From: Bacteroidales bacterium
Lineage (GTDB): Bacteria; Bacteroidota; Bacteroidia; Bacteroidales; AUK083
Length of the DNA: 64,000 bases
Direction of reading: 5' to 3'
Assembly (NCBI GenBank): GCA_021158345.1
Contig: JAGGUV010000093.1
Coordinates: 57 to 64,056 of the forward strand
Shown: piece after piece, positions 28,483 through 37,315 of the stretch
Layout of the letters: every line of letters begins with the position of its first letter
How positions within the stretch are numbered: position 1 is the stretch's first letter
Notes under the pieces: model-generated
Seen by the model: the letters and a program-made list of their open reading frames with translations, nothing else
The model's database searches: none
Told to the model about the DNA's origin: nothing
Position numbers and translations under genes: made by a program

Positions 28483-29952
28483 CTAATCTAAAAAACCTGC
28501 ATGATCAAGTAAAGTCCAACCCTTAGCCCAATTATCAGCATTTGGGTTAAAAGCGCCTTTATAATCAACATTTTGAAAATCTGACGGGTACACGGCTAAA
28601 TTATCGGAGACATCATTTGAAGGTACAGGATTTAAACCTCCTGAACTATTTATTTCAAAAGATATACCTGGGTTGTAAACAACATTATTTGCAATAGTAA
28701 AATAATTTTGCCAATCAGATAAAATATCAGGTTCATAACCATCATCTCCACTTAGTTTAAAAATACTTTGAGCAGTTCCTTCGGCTACTTGCCAAAATAT
28801 ATTATTTTTGACTTCAAGGTTACCATTTTTCCATTGTAAATAGCTGTTATCGCTACCATTTAACCATTCAATATCAACACCTTTAGCCTGATTGACAAAA
28901 ATTGAGTTAGCATATTTACCGCCTGCATTATCTCTAAAAGTTATTAAACGTTTACCTGCGTCAGAGCCACGACCAATATAAGTTACATTATAAATAAGAG
29001 GAATTGAATAAGGTTCTCCAAACTCATTATCTTTAGGTCCGCCATCATGTTCTCCAATTCTGTCACCATTATCAGTGCCCTGAACAGCAAACCAAAATTG
29101 GCCATAGCCTCTAAAACTTTCATCATAATCAAAACAATCGTCTCCATTAAAAGCCGAAATCAAATGGGAACATCGTACAGTACCTCCAAACCATTCAAAG
29201 CCATCATCTTTATTAGCAATAACTTCAACATAATCAATAATAGTACCGCTACCAACACATCCCAAAGTCAAACCATTTATTTCGTTGCCTTCTCCAATAT
29301 CTGTTCCACCATAACGTATAGAGACATATTTTAAAATACCTGAATTATCATAATCATCATTTCCACCATATAAGCCTCTAATTTCAGTAGTAGGTATTCC
29401 TTCAATAGATTTATCAACACTAGGATTATTAGAAGAAGTTCTGCCTAAAAGAATAAGCCCGCCCCAAAGACCTCTTGTGAGAGTAGGCAAATTATCAGCA
29501 AAAACAACTTTTGAAAGAATCTTATTATATCTGATACCATCAGCTTCAGCAGTAAAAATTATTGGGTTATCGGCTGTTCCTTCAGCAATAATTTTGGCTC
29601 CGCGTGCGACAATAAATGCACTGGCATTCTCACCCTGTCCTGATTTACCCTTCAAAATAGTACCCGGTTCAATAGTTAAAATATCACCTTGGTTAACAAA
29701 AACTAAACCATTTGCAACCCATGTTTTATCGTGAGTAAAAGTAATAGTACCTGTACCTTTACCATAGTCTTTTATTGTTACTATTGTCTCAATAGTATCA
29801 TTATCTTCAATCAAATACGTTTCTTTGTACTCAGTATCCTGAATTTCCGGTACCGGTGGCTCATTAGGGTCATCTTTTTTATCACAAGAGGTGAAAGCAA
29901 AAAATAATGCTGCAAAAAACAATGCTAAAAATTTTAAATTTTTCTTTTTCAT
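28483..29952 (-). CDS. conserved hypothetical surface lipoprotein (beta-helix-like), first gene of the receptor operon
   Basis: 489 aa counted from the ATG at 29952. Lipoprotein signal ...FFAFTSC. Repetitive Gly/Asp-rich segments (...GTADNPIIFT..., ...DDGFEWFGG..., ...GDDCFDYD...). C-terminal ...NWAKGWT... No function recognised. Confidence 0.5.
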   Translation of the reverse strand: MKKKNLKFLALFFAALFFAFTSCDKKDDPNEPPVPEIQDTEYKETYLIEDNDTIETIVTIKDYGKGTGTITFTHDKTWVANGLVFVNQGDILTIEPGTILKGKSGQGENASAFIVARGAKIIAEGTADNPIIFTAEADGIRYNKILSKVVFADNLPTLTRGLWGGLILLGRTSSNNPSVDKSIEGIPTTEIRGLYGGNDDYDNSGILKYVSIRYGGTDIGEGNEINGLTLGCVGSGTIIDYVEVIANKDDGFEWFGGTVRCSHLISAFNGDDCFDYDESFRGYGQFWFAVQGTDNGDRIGEHDGGPKDNEFGEPYSIPLIYNVTYIGRGSDAGKRLITFRDNAGGKYANSIFVNQAKGVDIEWLNGSDNSYLQWKNGNLEVKNNIFWQVAEGTAQSIFKLSGDDGYEPDILSDWQNYFTIANNVVYNPGISFEINSSGGLNPVPSNDVSDNLAVYPSDFQNVDYKGAFNPNADNWAKGWTLLDHAGFLD

Positions 29953-29981
29953 AATTTTATAAGTTTTAATTATTAATAGCA

Positions 29982-29989
29982 CAAAAATA
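29982..29989 (-). promoter_or_regulatory. -7 box (TAnnTTTG) for the lipoprotein/receptor operon
   Basis: Minus strand TATTTTTG lies 30 nt upstream of the ATG at 29952. Confidence 0.4.
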
Positions 29990-30060
29990 TTCTTTGATAA
30001 TAAAATATATTTTAAGCTTGAATTAAGTTATTGTTAAATTTTTTAAAAAATTGAAATAAC

Positions 30061-30083
30061 AAAAAAAAATGCTGTAAAGCATT
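30061..30083 (-). terminator. candidate intrinsic terminator on the minus strand inside the ORF-free gap
   Basis: Minus strand reads AATGCT-TTAC-AGCATT followed by about 7 T. The stem is short (6 bp, 2 GC pairs) but the U-tract is long. Confidence 0.4.
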
Positions 30084-30722
30084 AAAAAAGAGTGTATAAT
30101 AAAAAAAAACTAAAAAAATCAATATTAAAATTACTATCTTTAAATCACCTGCTTAAAGTATAATAGCTCATAGTTTAGTCTGAATTATTCGTAGGTTTGC
30201 TATAAACTAATTCAGGTTATCCACAACAAAAAAAATTTTAATTTTGTAAATAAAGCGCAGCAAGATATTAGCTTTTCATATAGTCGTCAGATTAATTCAG
30301 GATTCTGTCTTTTAAGTTTCAGACATCCTGACCCGTATTTTGATTATTAGAGATTTACAATACTTGTTTTCGTAAAATTCATTGTCGCAATTATCGTAAT
30401 AATAACAATTAGAAAAGTCCAAAACCTTGATTATCATCTGTTGCATATAATAATTACGGTGGGGTTGTTTTTTTTGCGATAGTCAATTTTACTATGAATC
30501 AGGAGTTCTGATATTTAGTAATTCATTACTCATCATTACTTCTAAAATCAAAAATCGATAATTGGTGTTCTTAAATCAATTTGTTTATAGCATTGCTACA
30601 TTAGGAATTAATCGGATTAGGTGAATTAATATTAATTTAAAATTTGTGGCATAAAAAAGCCTGCGGATTTATGGACTAAATAGTGTTTGCCAATAATGTG
30701 ATGTTATAACAATTTAAAAAAT

Positions 30723-30928
30723 GGTTCTACTGTTATTTTAATGGAAAATAATTTTTCTGCGATTCTATCAAACAGCTTACTTATAATGCTTAAATGCATA
30801 AATGTTTCAAAACAATTATATTATAGACAACATTTTGTTTTTGTATCAGAACTGTTTTTGTATTTTCGCATTTAAGCATTTTATCATTTTCGCATTTGTC
30901 AATATTCCACTAAATTCGTGGTAGTACC
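30723..30928 (-). mobile_element. MITE-like non-autonomous element, copy 2 (206 bp, inverted relative to copy 1)
   Basis: Plus strand GGTTCTAC...GTAGTACC. Perfect 8-bp duplication TAAAAAAT at 30715-30722 and 30929-30936. Termini are near-identical to copy 1; the centre differs by indels. Confidence 0.8.
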
Positions 30929-31025
30929 TAAAAAATTAAATTTGAGAATTATATTGTATTGATTAACTTTTGATTAGAACAGAAATCTGAAATTTCATTA
31001 ATATGATAGATTTTATAGACAGACG

Positions 31026-31721
31026 CTAAATAAATTTATAGCCTATACCTTTGAAAGTAATAATATGTTCTTCGCCTATTTTCTCTCTTAATTTTCTTAT
31101 ATAAACATCAATAGTTCTGTCACCGACAATGACATCAGTTCCCCATAAACAAGAGTATATTTCATCACGAGTAAAGACTTTTTCCTGTTTGGAAACTAAT
31201 AGTAAAAGAAGTTCATATTCTTTTTTAGGTAAAATTATTATTTTATTTTTAACAAGGACTTCATACTTTTCTTTATCAATAATAATATCACCTCTGTTAA
31301 TAATGTTATCATTAACAGAGATGTCAGATGGGGTAAATGCAGGATTTCGTTTAAGAAGAGCCTTAACCCTGCTTATCAATATTTTAGGTTTTATAGGTTT
31401 AGTAATATAATCGTCAGCGCCGGCATCGAAGCCTGCTATTTGAGAATAATCTTCACCGCGAGCTGTTAAAAATACTATTAATGTATTATTAAGTTTAGGA
31501 ATTTTTCTTAATTCCTCACAAGTTTCAACACCATCAATGTCTGGCATCATTATATCTAAAATTATCAAATGCGGTAAAATTTTATTAGCAATTTTAATAG
31601 CATCTTTTCCATTATTTGCAGTATAAACAAGAAAACCTTCTTTTTTTAAATTATAGCTTAAAAACTCAATTACATCTTGTTCGTCATCTACTAATAATAT
31701 TTTATATCCAATATTTTTCAT
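31026..31721 (-). CDS. OmpR/PhoB-family response regulator
   Basis: 231 aa. Receiver domain (LVDDEQD, DIMMPDIDG) plus winged-helix output (...RTIDVYIRKLREKI...GIGYKF). Confidence 0.92.
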   Translation of the reverse strand: MKNIGYKILLVDDEQDVIEFLSYNLKKEGFLVYTANNGKDAIKIANKILPHLIILDIMMPDIDGVETCEELRKIPKLNNTLIVFLTARGEDYSQIAGFDAGADDYITKPIKPKILISRVKALLKRNPAFTPSDISVNDNIINRGDIIIDKEKYEVLVKNKIIILPKKEYELLLLLVSKQEKVFTRDEIYSCLWGTDVIVGDRTIDVYIRKLREKIGEEHIITFKGIGYKFI

Positions 31722-31724
31722 AAT

Positions 31725-32765
31725 TTAAATAGACTTTTGTAAAGTAAAAGTAAAAGATGAACCAATATTAGGTGTACTTCTAACATTTATTGATTGATTA
31801 TGAGCTTCAATAATATGTTTAACAATAGATAATCCCAGTCCTGTTCCTCCCATTTCACGCGATCTGCTTTTTTCTATTCTAAAAAAGCGTTCAAAGATAC
31901 GTGATAGATATTTTTGTTCAATTCCATAACCGTCATCAGAAACATCAACAATAATATTTTCATCCATATCAAAAAAGTCAATTACAACTTTTCCATTTTT
32001 ACGCCCGTATTTAATAGCATTATCAACTAAATTTATCAATACCTGAAAAATTAAATTTTTGTCAGCTAAAACTATTATAGGCTTTAAATTTTTTTTATAT
32101 AATTTTAAACTGATATTCTTATTAATAGCTTTTTTTTGCATTGATTCAAAAATATCTTCACTTAAACTGATAATATCAAATTTTTGAATATTTAATTTCA
32201 ATTCATTTGTTTCCAGCTTTGATATTGTTTCAAGATCTTCAACTATTAATATCATTCTTTCGACACTTTTTATTGTGCGTTTAAGATACAATTTATTAAT
32301 AGACTCATCTTCTAAACCGCCTTCCAATAAAGTTAAAATATACCCCTGAATATTAAATATTGGAGTTTTTAATTCATGTGCCACATTGCCAAGGAATTCT
32401 TTCCTATATTGTTCTAATTCTTTTAATTTTTTAATTTCCCTTGTTTTATTTAACACCCATTCTGAAACATCTTTATTTGCTTTATCTATGATATTGCTCT
32501 TATTTTTTAAAAAATTTATTTCTTCTTCCTTTGATTCTGTAATTATTTTATAGATAGGCTTAATCTTATTTGATAAATAATAAAAATTTATTTTGTTTAT
32601 CAAAAAAATAGTTAAAAATAAAAAAATAGGTGTAGAGATACTAAAAGTTAATATTTTATTAAAAGGAAGCAGGTTAACAAAAATAAACAAACAACATATA
32701 ACAAATAAAAAAACAGAAAGCAATATTACAGTTTTATTTAATTTATTTAAAGATGTTGTTTTCAT
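31725..32765 (-). CDS. sensor histidine kinase (PhoR-like)
   Basis: 346 aa. Two N-terminal TM helices, H-box NVAHELKTPI, N-box DNAIKY, G-boxes DDGYGI and GGTGLGLSIVK. Confidence 0.9.
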   Translation of the reverse strand: MKTTSLNKLNKTVILLSVFLFVICCLFIFVNLLPFNKILTFSISTPIFLFLTIFLINKINFYYLSNKIKPIYKIITESKEEEINFLKNKSNIIDKANKDVSEWVLNKTREIKKLKELEQYRKEFLGNVAHELKTPIFNIQGYILTLLEGGLEDESINKLYLKRTIKSVERMILIVEDLETISKLETNELKLNIQKFDIISLSEDIFESMQKKAINKNISLKLYKKNLKPIIVLADKNLIFQVLINLVDNAIKYGRKNGKVVIDFFDMDENIIVDVSDDGYGIEQKYLSRIFERFFRIEKSRSREMGGTGLGLSIVKHIIEAHNQSINVRSTPNIGSSFTFTLQKSI

Positions 32766-32824
32766 TTATTTGTGTTTTTTTGTAGTTAATTCATTTATAT
32801 TTTTATAGAAAAACTAAATAACAT

Positions 32825-32862
32825 AAATTTTAAATTTGGGAGTAAGTCCAAATTTAAAATTT
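32825..32862. promoter_or_regulatory. perfect 15-bp inverted repeat in the divergent histidine kinase / PiT intergenic region
   Basis: AAATTTTAAATTTGG (32825-32839), loop GAGTAAGT, CCAAATTTAAAATTT (32848-32862). Confidence 0.5.
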
Positions 32863-32986
32863 TCAAAACAAACTTACAAGTACAAAAAAAAGCATATTTA
32901 TTATTAATATTTTAAAAAAAATTAAATTTAACAATTATTTAATACTAAATTAATTATCTATTAACAATATTAATCTCATCAATGTA

Positions 32987-32994
32987 TAATTTTG
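32987..32994 (+). promoter_or_regulatory. -7 box (TAnnTTTG) for the PiT gene
   Basis: TAATTTTG lies 30 nt upstream of the ATG at 33024. Confidence 0.4.
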
Positions 32995-33023
32995 TAAATA
33001 ATTAGTAAAACTAAAAAAAAAAT

Positions 33024-35267
33024 ATGAATATTTATTTAATTATTGTAGTAATATTATTTACATTAGCAATATCAGATTTAATAGTAGGCGTAAGTAATGA
33101 TGCTGTAAACTTTTTAAATTCATCAATAGGATCAAAAGCTGCACCAAAATGGGTAATACTATTAGTAGCGAGCGCAGGTATACTAATGGGTGCAATTTTT
33201 TCAAGTGGCATGATGGAGGTCGCACGAAAAGGAATATTTCATCCAGAGCAGTTTTATTTCTCCGAAATAATGATAATATTCCTTGCAGTAATGTTAACAG
33301 ATATTATACTTTTAGATACGTTTAACACTATAGGTCTTCCCACTTCCACTACAGTTTCAATTGTATTTGAACTATTAGGCTCTGCTGTAGCAGTGTCATT
33401 AATAAAAATACATTCCTATAATGGGAATTTATCAGATCTAAGCAAATATATTAACTCAGGAAATGCACTGGTAATTATCTCAGGCATATTATTATCTATT
33501 GTAATTGCTTTTAGCTTAGGTGCAATAGTTCAATATATTACAAGATTAATATTTTCATTCAATTATAAGAAGCCTTTAAAATATTTAGGTTCAATAATAG
33601 GGAGTTTTGCTATTACAGCCATCACATATTTTATACTGATAAAAGGGCTAAAAGGTGCATCTTTTATCACAAAAGATATGTTGATATTCATAAATAATAA
33701 TATTTATAAAATTTTGCTTTTCAGTTTTATAGCATGGGCAATACTACTACAAATATTAGTATGGTTATTTAAAGCAAATATTCCAAAAATAATAGTATTA
33801 GCAGGCACTTTTGCACTGGCAATGGCTTTTGCAGGTAATGATCTTGTAAATTTTATTGGAGTTCCTTTAGCAGGATTAGAATCATATAAAATTTTTATTC
33901 ATAATCCCGGTGCAGACCCTGGTCAATTGACAATGGAAGCATTAAAAAATCCTGTACATTCAGATACTTATCTTCTTTTAATAGCAGGAATTATTATGAT
34001 TATCACCTTAATATTATCACGAAAAGCAAAACACGTAACAGAAACAGAGGTAAATTTAGGCAAACAAAATAGTGATGATGAACGTTTTGGCTCTACAGGT
34101 TTTTCACGTCTTATTGTTAGAAGAGCAATCAACTTTAATAATGCCATTATTAAAATAACGCCAAAAAAAATTCAAACAAAAATTTCTGACAGATTCAGTC
34201 TAAAAGCAAACCAAGACATTGAAAATGTACCTGCATTTGATTTAATCAGGGCATCTGTAAATTTAACTGTTGCAAGTATAATAATTTCCTTTGCAACATC
34301 GTTAAAACTGCCTTTATCAACTACATATGTTACATTTATGGTTGCAATGGGGACTTCTCTATCCGACAGAGCCTGGGATAGAGACAGTGCTGTTTATAGA
34401 ATAACCGGTGTACTTACAGTTATAAGCGGCTGGTTTGTTACAGCTTTTATTGCATTTTTTGCATCATTTATTATGGCATATATTATTAATTGGGGAGGCA
34501 TTTATTCTGTTGGCATTCTCGTTGTTATAGGAATAATATACATTTATAAAAGTTATTCTAATTACAAAAAAAAATCTATTAAAAAGGAAAATTTGGAAAA
34601 AGAAGATATCTTTGATTTCACACTTCAGACAAAAGAAGGCATAGATAAAAGCAATTCAAAAATCACAAGCATTCTTCTTAATACCTCAAAGCTATATTAT
34701 TTAGTTTTAGAGGGGCTTTTTAATAATGATTATAAATCTCTTAAAAGACTTGTAAAAGAGGTTGAAGAGATAAATAATAAAACAAAAAAATATAAAAACA
34801 AATTATATAAAACACTTAAACACTTAGATGAGGAGTCAATTAAGTCAGGACATTTTTTTGTTCAAACATTAGATTATTTACGTGAAATTGCACATTGTTT
34901 AACTTATATTTCAACTCCTATTTTCGAACATGTTAACAATAATCATAAACCTATCATTAAAGCACAAAAAGAGGAATTAACTCAACTAAATAATCTCATA
35001 ACAGATTTTATCAACTTTTCGGTTTCCATTGTAAAGAAAAATAAATATACCGACCTATCGGAGCTTATAGATCAGCAACAAAACATTATTGTACTAATTA
35101 ATACAATTAGAAAAAATCAAATTAAACGAATTAAAAAAGAAGAGGTAAATACAAGAAACAGTATACTATATTTTAATATTCTCGAAGAAACTAAAAACAT
35201 GCTTTTATATATCATTAACCTACTTAAATCGCAGAGGGATTTTATAACAGACAACATTAAATATTAA
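33024..35267 (+). CDS. PiT-family inorganic phosphate transporter with long C-terminal helical (PhoU-like) extension
   Basis: 747 aa with duplicated PHO4 signatures GVSNDAVNFLNSSIGSKAA and AFAGNDLVNFIGVPLA, and about 230 aa of soluble C-terminal region. Confidence 0.85.
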   Translation: MNIYLIIVVILFTLAISDLIVGVSNDAVNFLNSSIGSKAAPKWVILLVASAGILMGAIFSSGMMEVARKGIFHPEQFYFSEIMIIFLAVMLTDIILLDTFNTIGLPTSTTVSIVFELLGSAVAVSLIKIHSYNGNLSDLSKYINSGNALVIISGILLSIVIAFSLGAIVQYITRLIFSFNYKKPLKYLGSIIGSFAITAITYFILIKGLKGASFITKDMLIFINNNIYKILLFSFIAWAILLQILVWLFKANIPKIIVLAGTFALAMAFAGNDLVNFIGVPLAGLESYKIFIHNPGADPGQLTMEALKNPVHSDTYLLLIAGIIMIITLILSRKAKHVTETEVNLGKQNSDDERFGSTGFSRLIVRRAINFNNAIIKITPKKIQTKISDRFSLKANQDIENVPAFDLIRASVNLTVASIIISFATSLKLPLSTTYVTFMVAMGTSLSDRAWDRDSAVYRITGVLTVISGWFVTAFIAFFASFIMAYIINWGGIYSVGILVVIGIIYIYKSYSNYKKKSIKKENLEKEDIFDFTLQTKEGIDKSNSKITSILLNTSKLYYLVLEGLFNNDYKSLKRLVKEVEEINNKTKKYKNKLYKTLKHLDEESIKSGHFFVQTLDYLREIAHCLTYISTPIFEHVNNNHKPIIKAQKEELTQLNNLITDFINFSVSIVKKNKYTDLSELIDQQQNIIVLINTIRKNQIKRIKKEEVNTRNSILYFNILEETKNMLLYIINLLKSQRDFITDNIKY

Positions 35268-36511
35268 AAATCAAAGGCATTAATATCTTCTAATTTTGAC
35301 AGGATTAATTCAGTGGCACCGGTTTTCTTTTTTATATAATTTAAACATATATCCGAAGAAGTTTTTAAAAATTTTTTATCAGATAGTAATTTTTTAGTTT
35401 TACTGATAAGCTGTCTACTGTTTTCGACTGGGAATGCACCGCCAAGGTCAACAAGGTCAACAGCTTCCTGAAACCCCTTATAATTAGTACCGAAAATTAT
35501 AGTATTACCAAAAGTGGCAGGCTCTTGAATATTATGAATACTTACGCCAAACCCACCACCAATATATGCTATGGAAGAATATTGATATAATTTTGATAAA
35601 ATTCCAATACAATCAATAATCAAAACATCAGCATACTGAATATTTTGAAGATTTGCATCGGAATATTTAAGAGTTTTAGGCTTCAAACTTTTTATCAGGT
35701 TCTCAATTTTATTATCATTTATTTCATGAGGTGCAATAATAAATTTTATGTTATCGAATCCTGAATTTATCAGGTCAACAATTAAAACATCATCAGGAGG
35801 CCAGGTGCTACCTGCAATAAAAACCCTTTTATCAGAAACAAATTTTTCTATCAAAAGATTTCTTTCGCAATTTTGCGATAATTTGTAAACTCTGTCGAAA
35901 CGGGTATCACCACTAACAACGACATTAGAAATGCCAATAGATTCAAGCAATTTTTTAGATTCTTGATTTTGGACAAAAAATCCCGAAATTTTCTTTAAAT
36001 TTTTTCTTGACCATGAGCCATACCATTTAAAAAAATATTTATTCTTATTAAAAATTGAAGAAGTGAAAAATAACGGGACGTTATTCTTTTTTAATTCCGA
36101 AATATAATTAAACCAATATTCATATTTGACGAAAATAGCAATTTTAGGATTAACAATTTTAATAAATTTTTTAGCATTGTTTTTTGTGTCAAAAGGGAGA
36201 TAAAAAATATAATCAGCCTGAGAATAATTTTTTCTGATTTCATAAGCTGAGGGGGAGAAAAAAGTCAATAATATTTTTTTGTCAGGATATTTTTTTTTAA
36301 TGTTTTCAATTAAAGGACGACCTTGTTCAAATTCGCCAAGAGAAGCACAATGAAACCAGATAATATTATCATTCTTATTTATTTGTGATTTAATATTATT
36401 TAACAAACCTTTTCTGCCCTTAATCATTAAAGAGGCTTTTTTATTAAATATGCTTGCAACTAATATTGACAGATGATACAGTTGAATACCAAAATTATAT
36501 AATAGGCTCAT
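35264..36511 (-). CDS. waaA: 3-deoxy-D-manno-octulosonic acid (Kdo) transferase
   Basis: 415 aa with ...IWFHCASLGEFEQGRPLIE... typical of KdtA/WaaA. Confidence 0.88.
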   Translation of the reverse strand: MSLLYNFGIQLYHLSILVASIFNKKASLMIKGRKGLLNNIKSQINKNDNIIWFHCASLGEFEQGRPLIENIKKKYPDKKILLTFFSPSAYEIRKNYSQADYIFYLPFDTKNNAKKFIKIVNPKIAIFVKYEYWFNYISELKKNNVPLFFTSSIFNKNKYFFKWYGSWSRKNLKKISGFFVQNQESKKLLESIGISNVVVSGDTRFDRVYKLSQNCERNLLIEKFVSDKRVFIAGSTWPPDDVLIVDLINSGFDNIKFIIAPHEINDNKIENLIKSLKPKTLKYSDANLQNIQYADVLIIDCIGILSKLYQYSSIAYIGGGFGVSIHNIQEPATFGNTIIFGTNYKGFQEAVDLVDLGGAFPVENSRQLISKTKKLLSDKKFLKTSSDICLNYIKKKTGATELILSKLEDINAFDF

Positions 36512-36525
36512 AATAAAATAAAATT

Positions 36526-37281
36526 TTAATAGTAATAATACTTCTGATTAGATTTAGAATAAATAGGAATTATCCAGCCTATTTTAAATCCTGAAAGTAA
36601 ATCAAAATATTTAGTATCATATTCCTGCATCAAATTAAAATCATATTTTCTTTGACATTTAGTCCATGCCTGAGTAAATTCAAAACCAACAAAGAAATTA
36701 ACAAATTTTTTATCACTTAAACTCATATACCCAATAAATTCTGAAACTGACAAACCATTTGATAAATGATCATAACCCCGTTTATAATCATCTTTTAATT
36801 GTGGAATAATATTATTTTTATGTTCAAATCTTATTTTATGCTCTAACATTCCAATACTGGAAATAAAAACCAAGCCTGAATTTTTGTTAGAGCCAAAAAC
36901 AGGAAATAATTTTCCAAACTTTAAAGATGTTAAAAAACCACTTTCATACATATACATTTCAGCGTACATACCATTACCATCAATAATAAAGCCTTGTTTT
37001 GTAGAGATACGCTGTAAAATAGAATTGCTGTTCTTAATATTATTACCAAAAAGATAATTCCCGTCAAAACCAAAAAGCCAGTTCGATTTTGTTTTTACCA
37101 TAAAACCACCACCAACACCGGAATTATTTCCATACCTGTCTGCCATATCTCCCCCGGGAATGTCATAGGAATAATTAGCAAATATTAACCCTGTTAATTT
37201 TGATGAATTATTTTCCTGTGCTAATAAGCTACTGCTAATAAAACAAAAAAATATTAATAATAATTTTAATAATATTTTCAT
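36526..37281 (-). CDS. hypothetical outer-membrane beta-barrel-like protein
   Basis: 251 aa with a signal peptide (…SSSLLAQ), Gly/aromatic-rich alternating pattern and C-terminal ...YYYY. Lies 14 nt upstream of waaA. Confidence 0.4.
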   Translation of the reverse strand: MKILLKLLLIFFCFISSSLLAQENNSSKLTGLIFANYSYDIPGGDMADRYGNNSGVGGGFMVKTKSNWLFGFDGNYLFGNNIKNSNSILQRISTKQGFIIDGNGMYAEMYMYESGFLTSLKFGKLFPVFGSNKNSGLVFISSIGMLEHKIRFEHKNNIIPQLKDDYKRGYDHLSNGLSVSEFIGYMSLSDKKFVNFFVGFEFTQAWTKCQRKYDFNLMQEYDTKYFDLLSGFKIGWIIPIYSKSNQKYYYY

Positions 37282-37299
37282 TAATTAAAAATTTTAAAA

Positions 37300-37307
37300 C
37301 AAAATTA
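37300..37307 (-). promoter_or_regulatory. -7 box (TAnnTTTG) for the 36526-37281/waaA unit
   Basis: Minus strand TAATTTTG lies 19 nt upstream of the ATG. A TTTG sits 19 nt further upstream, inside the repeat element. Confidence 0.4.
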
Positions 37308-37315
37308 TACTATAA

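Noticed and set aside
29990-30400. Cobalamin or other known riboswitch upstream of the TonB-dependent receptor operon
   Set aside because: No B12 box (GCCACTG) or other class-defining motif was found on the minus strand. The possibility of an unknown leader RNA is kept as a finding instead.
30412-30420. GAAAAGTCC resembling the RNase P RNA CR-I motif (GGAAAGUCC)
   Set aside because: The surrounding sequence is AT-rich and lacks the other universally conserved RNase P blocks. This is a single short near-match.
30312-30446. 44-codon minus-strand ORF (MQQMIIKVLDFSNCYYYDNCDNEFYENKYCKS...) in the ORF-free gap, mildly Cys/Tyr-rich
   Set aside because: Stop-free runs of this length are expected by chance a few times per kb across six frames in AT-rich DNA. 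It has no promoter box at a suitable distance and it overlaps a hairpin. It is kept only as something ribosome profiling could test.
12986-30722. The 17.7-kb segment between the two MITE copies as a composite transposon or genomic island
   Set aside because: Each copy has its own matching 8-bp duplication, which means independent insertions. The segment carries core genes (lgt, murF-alr, pdxA, pepA, dprA) and no recombinase or transposase.
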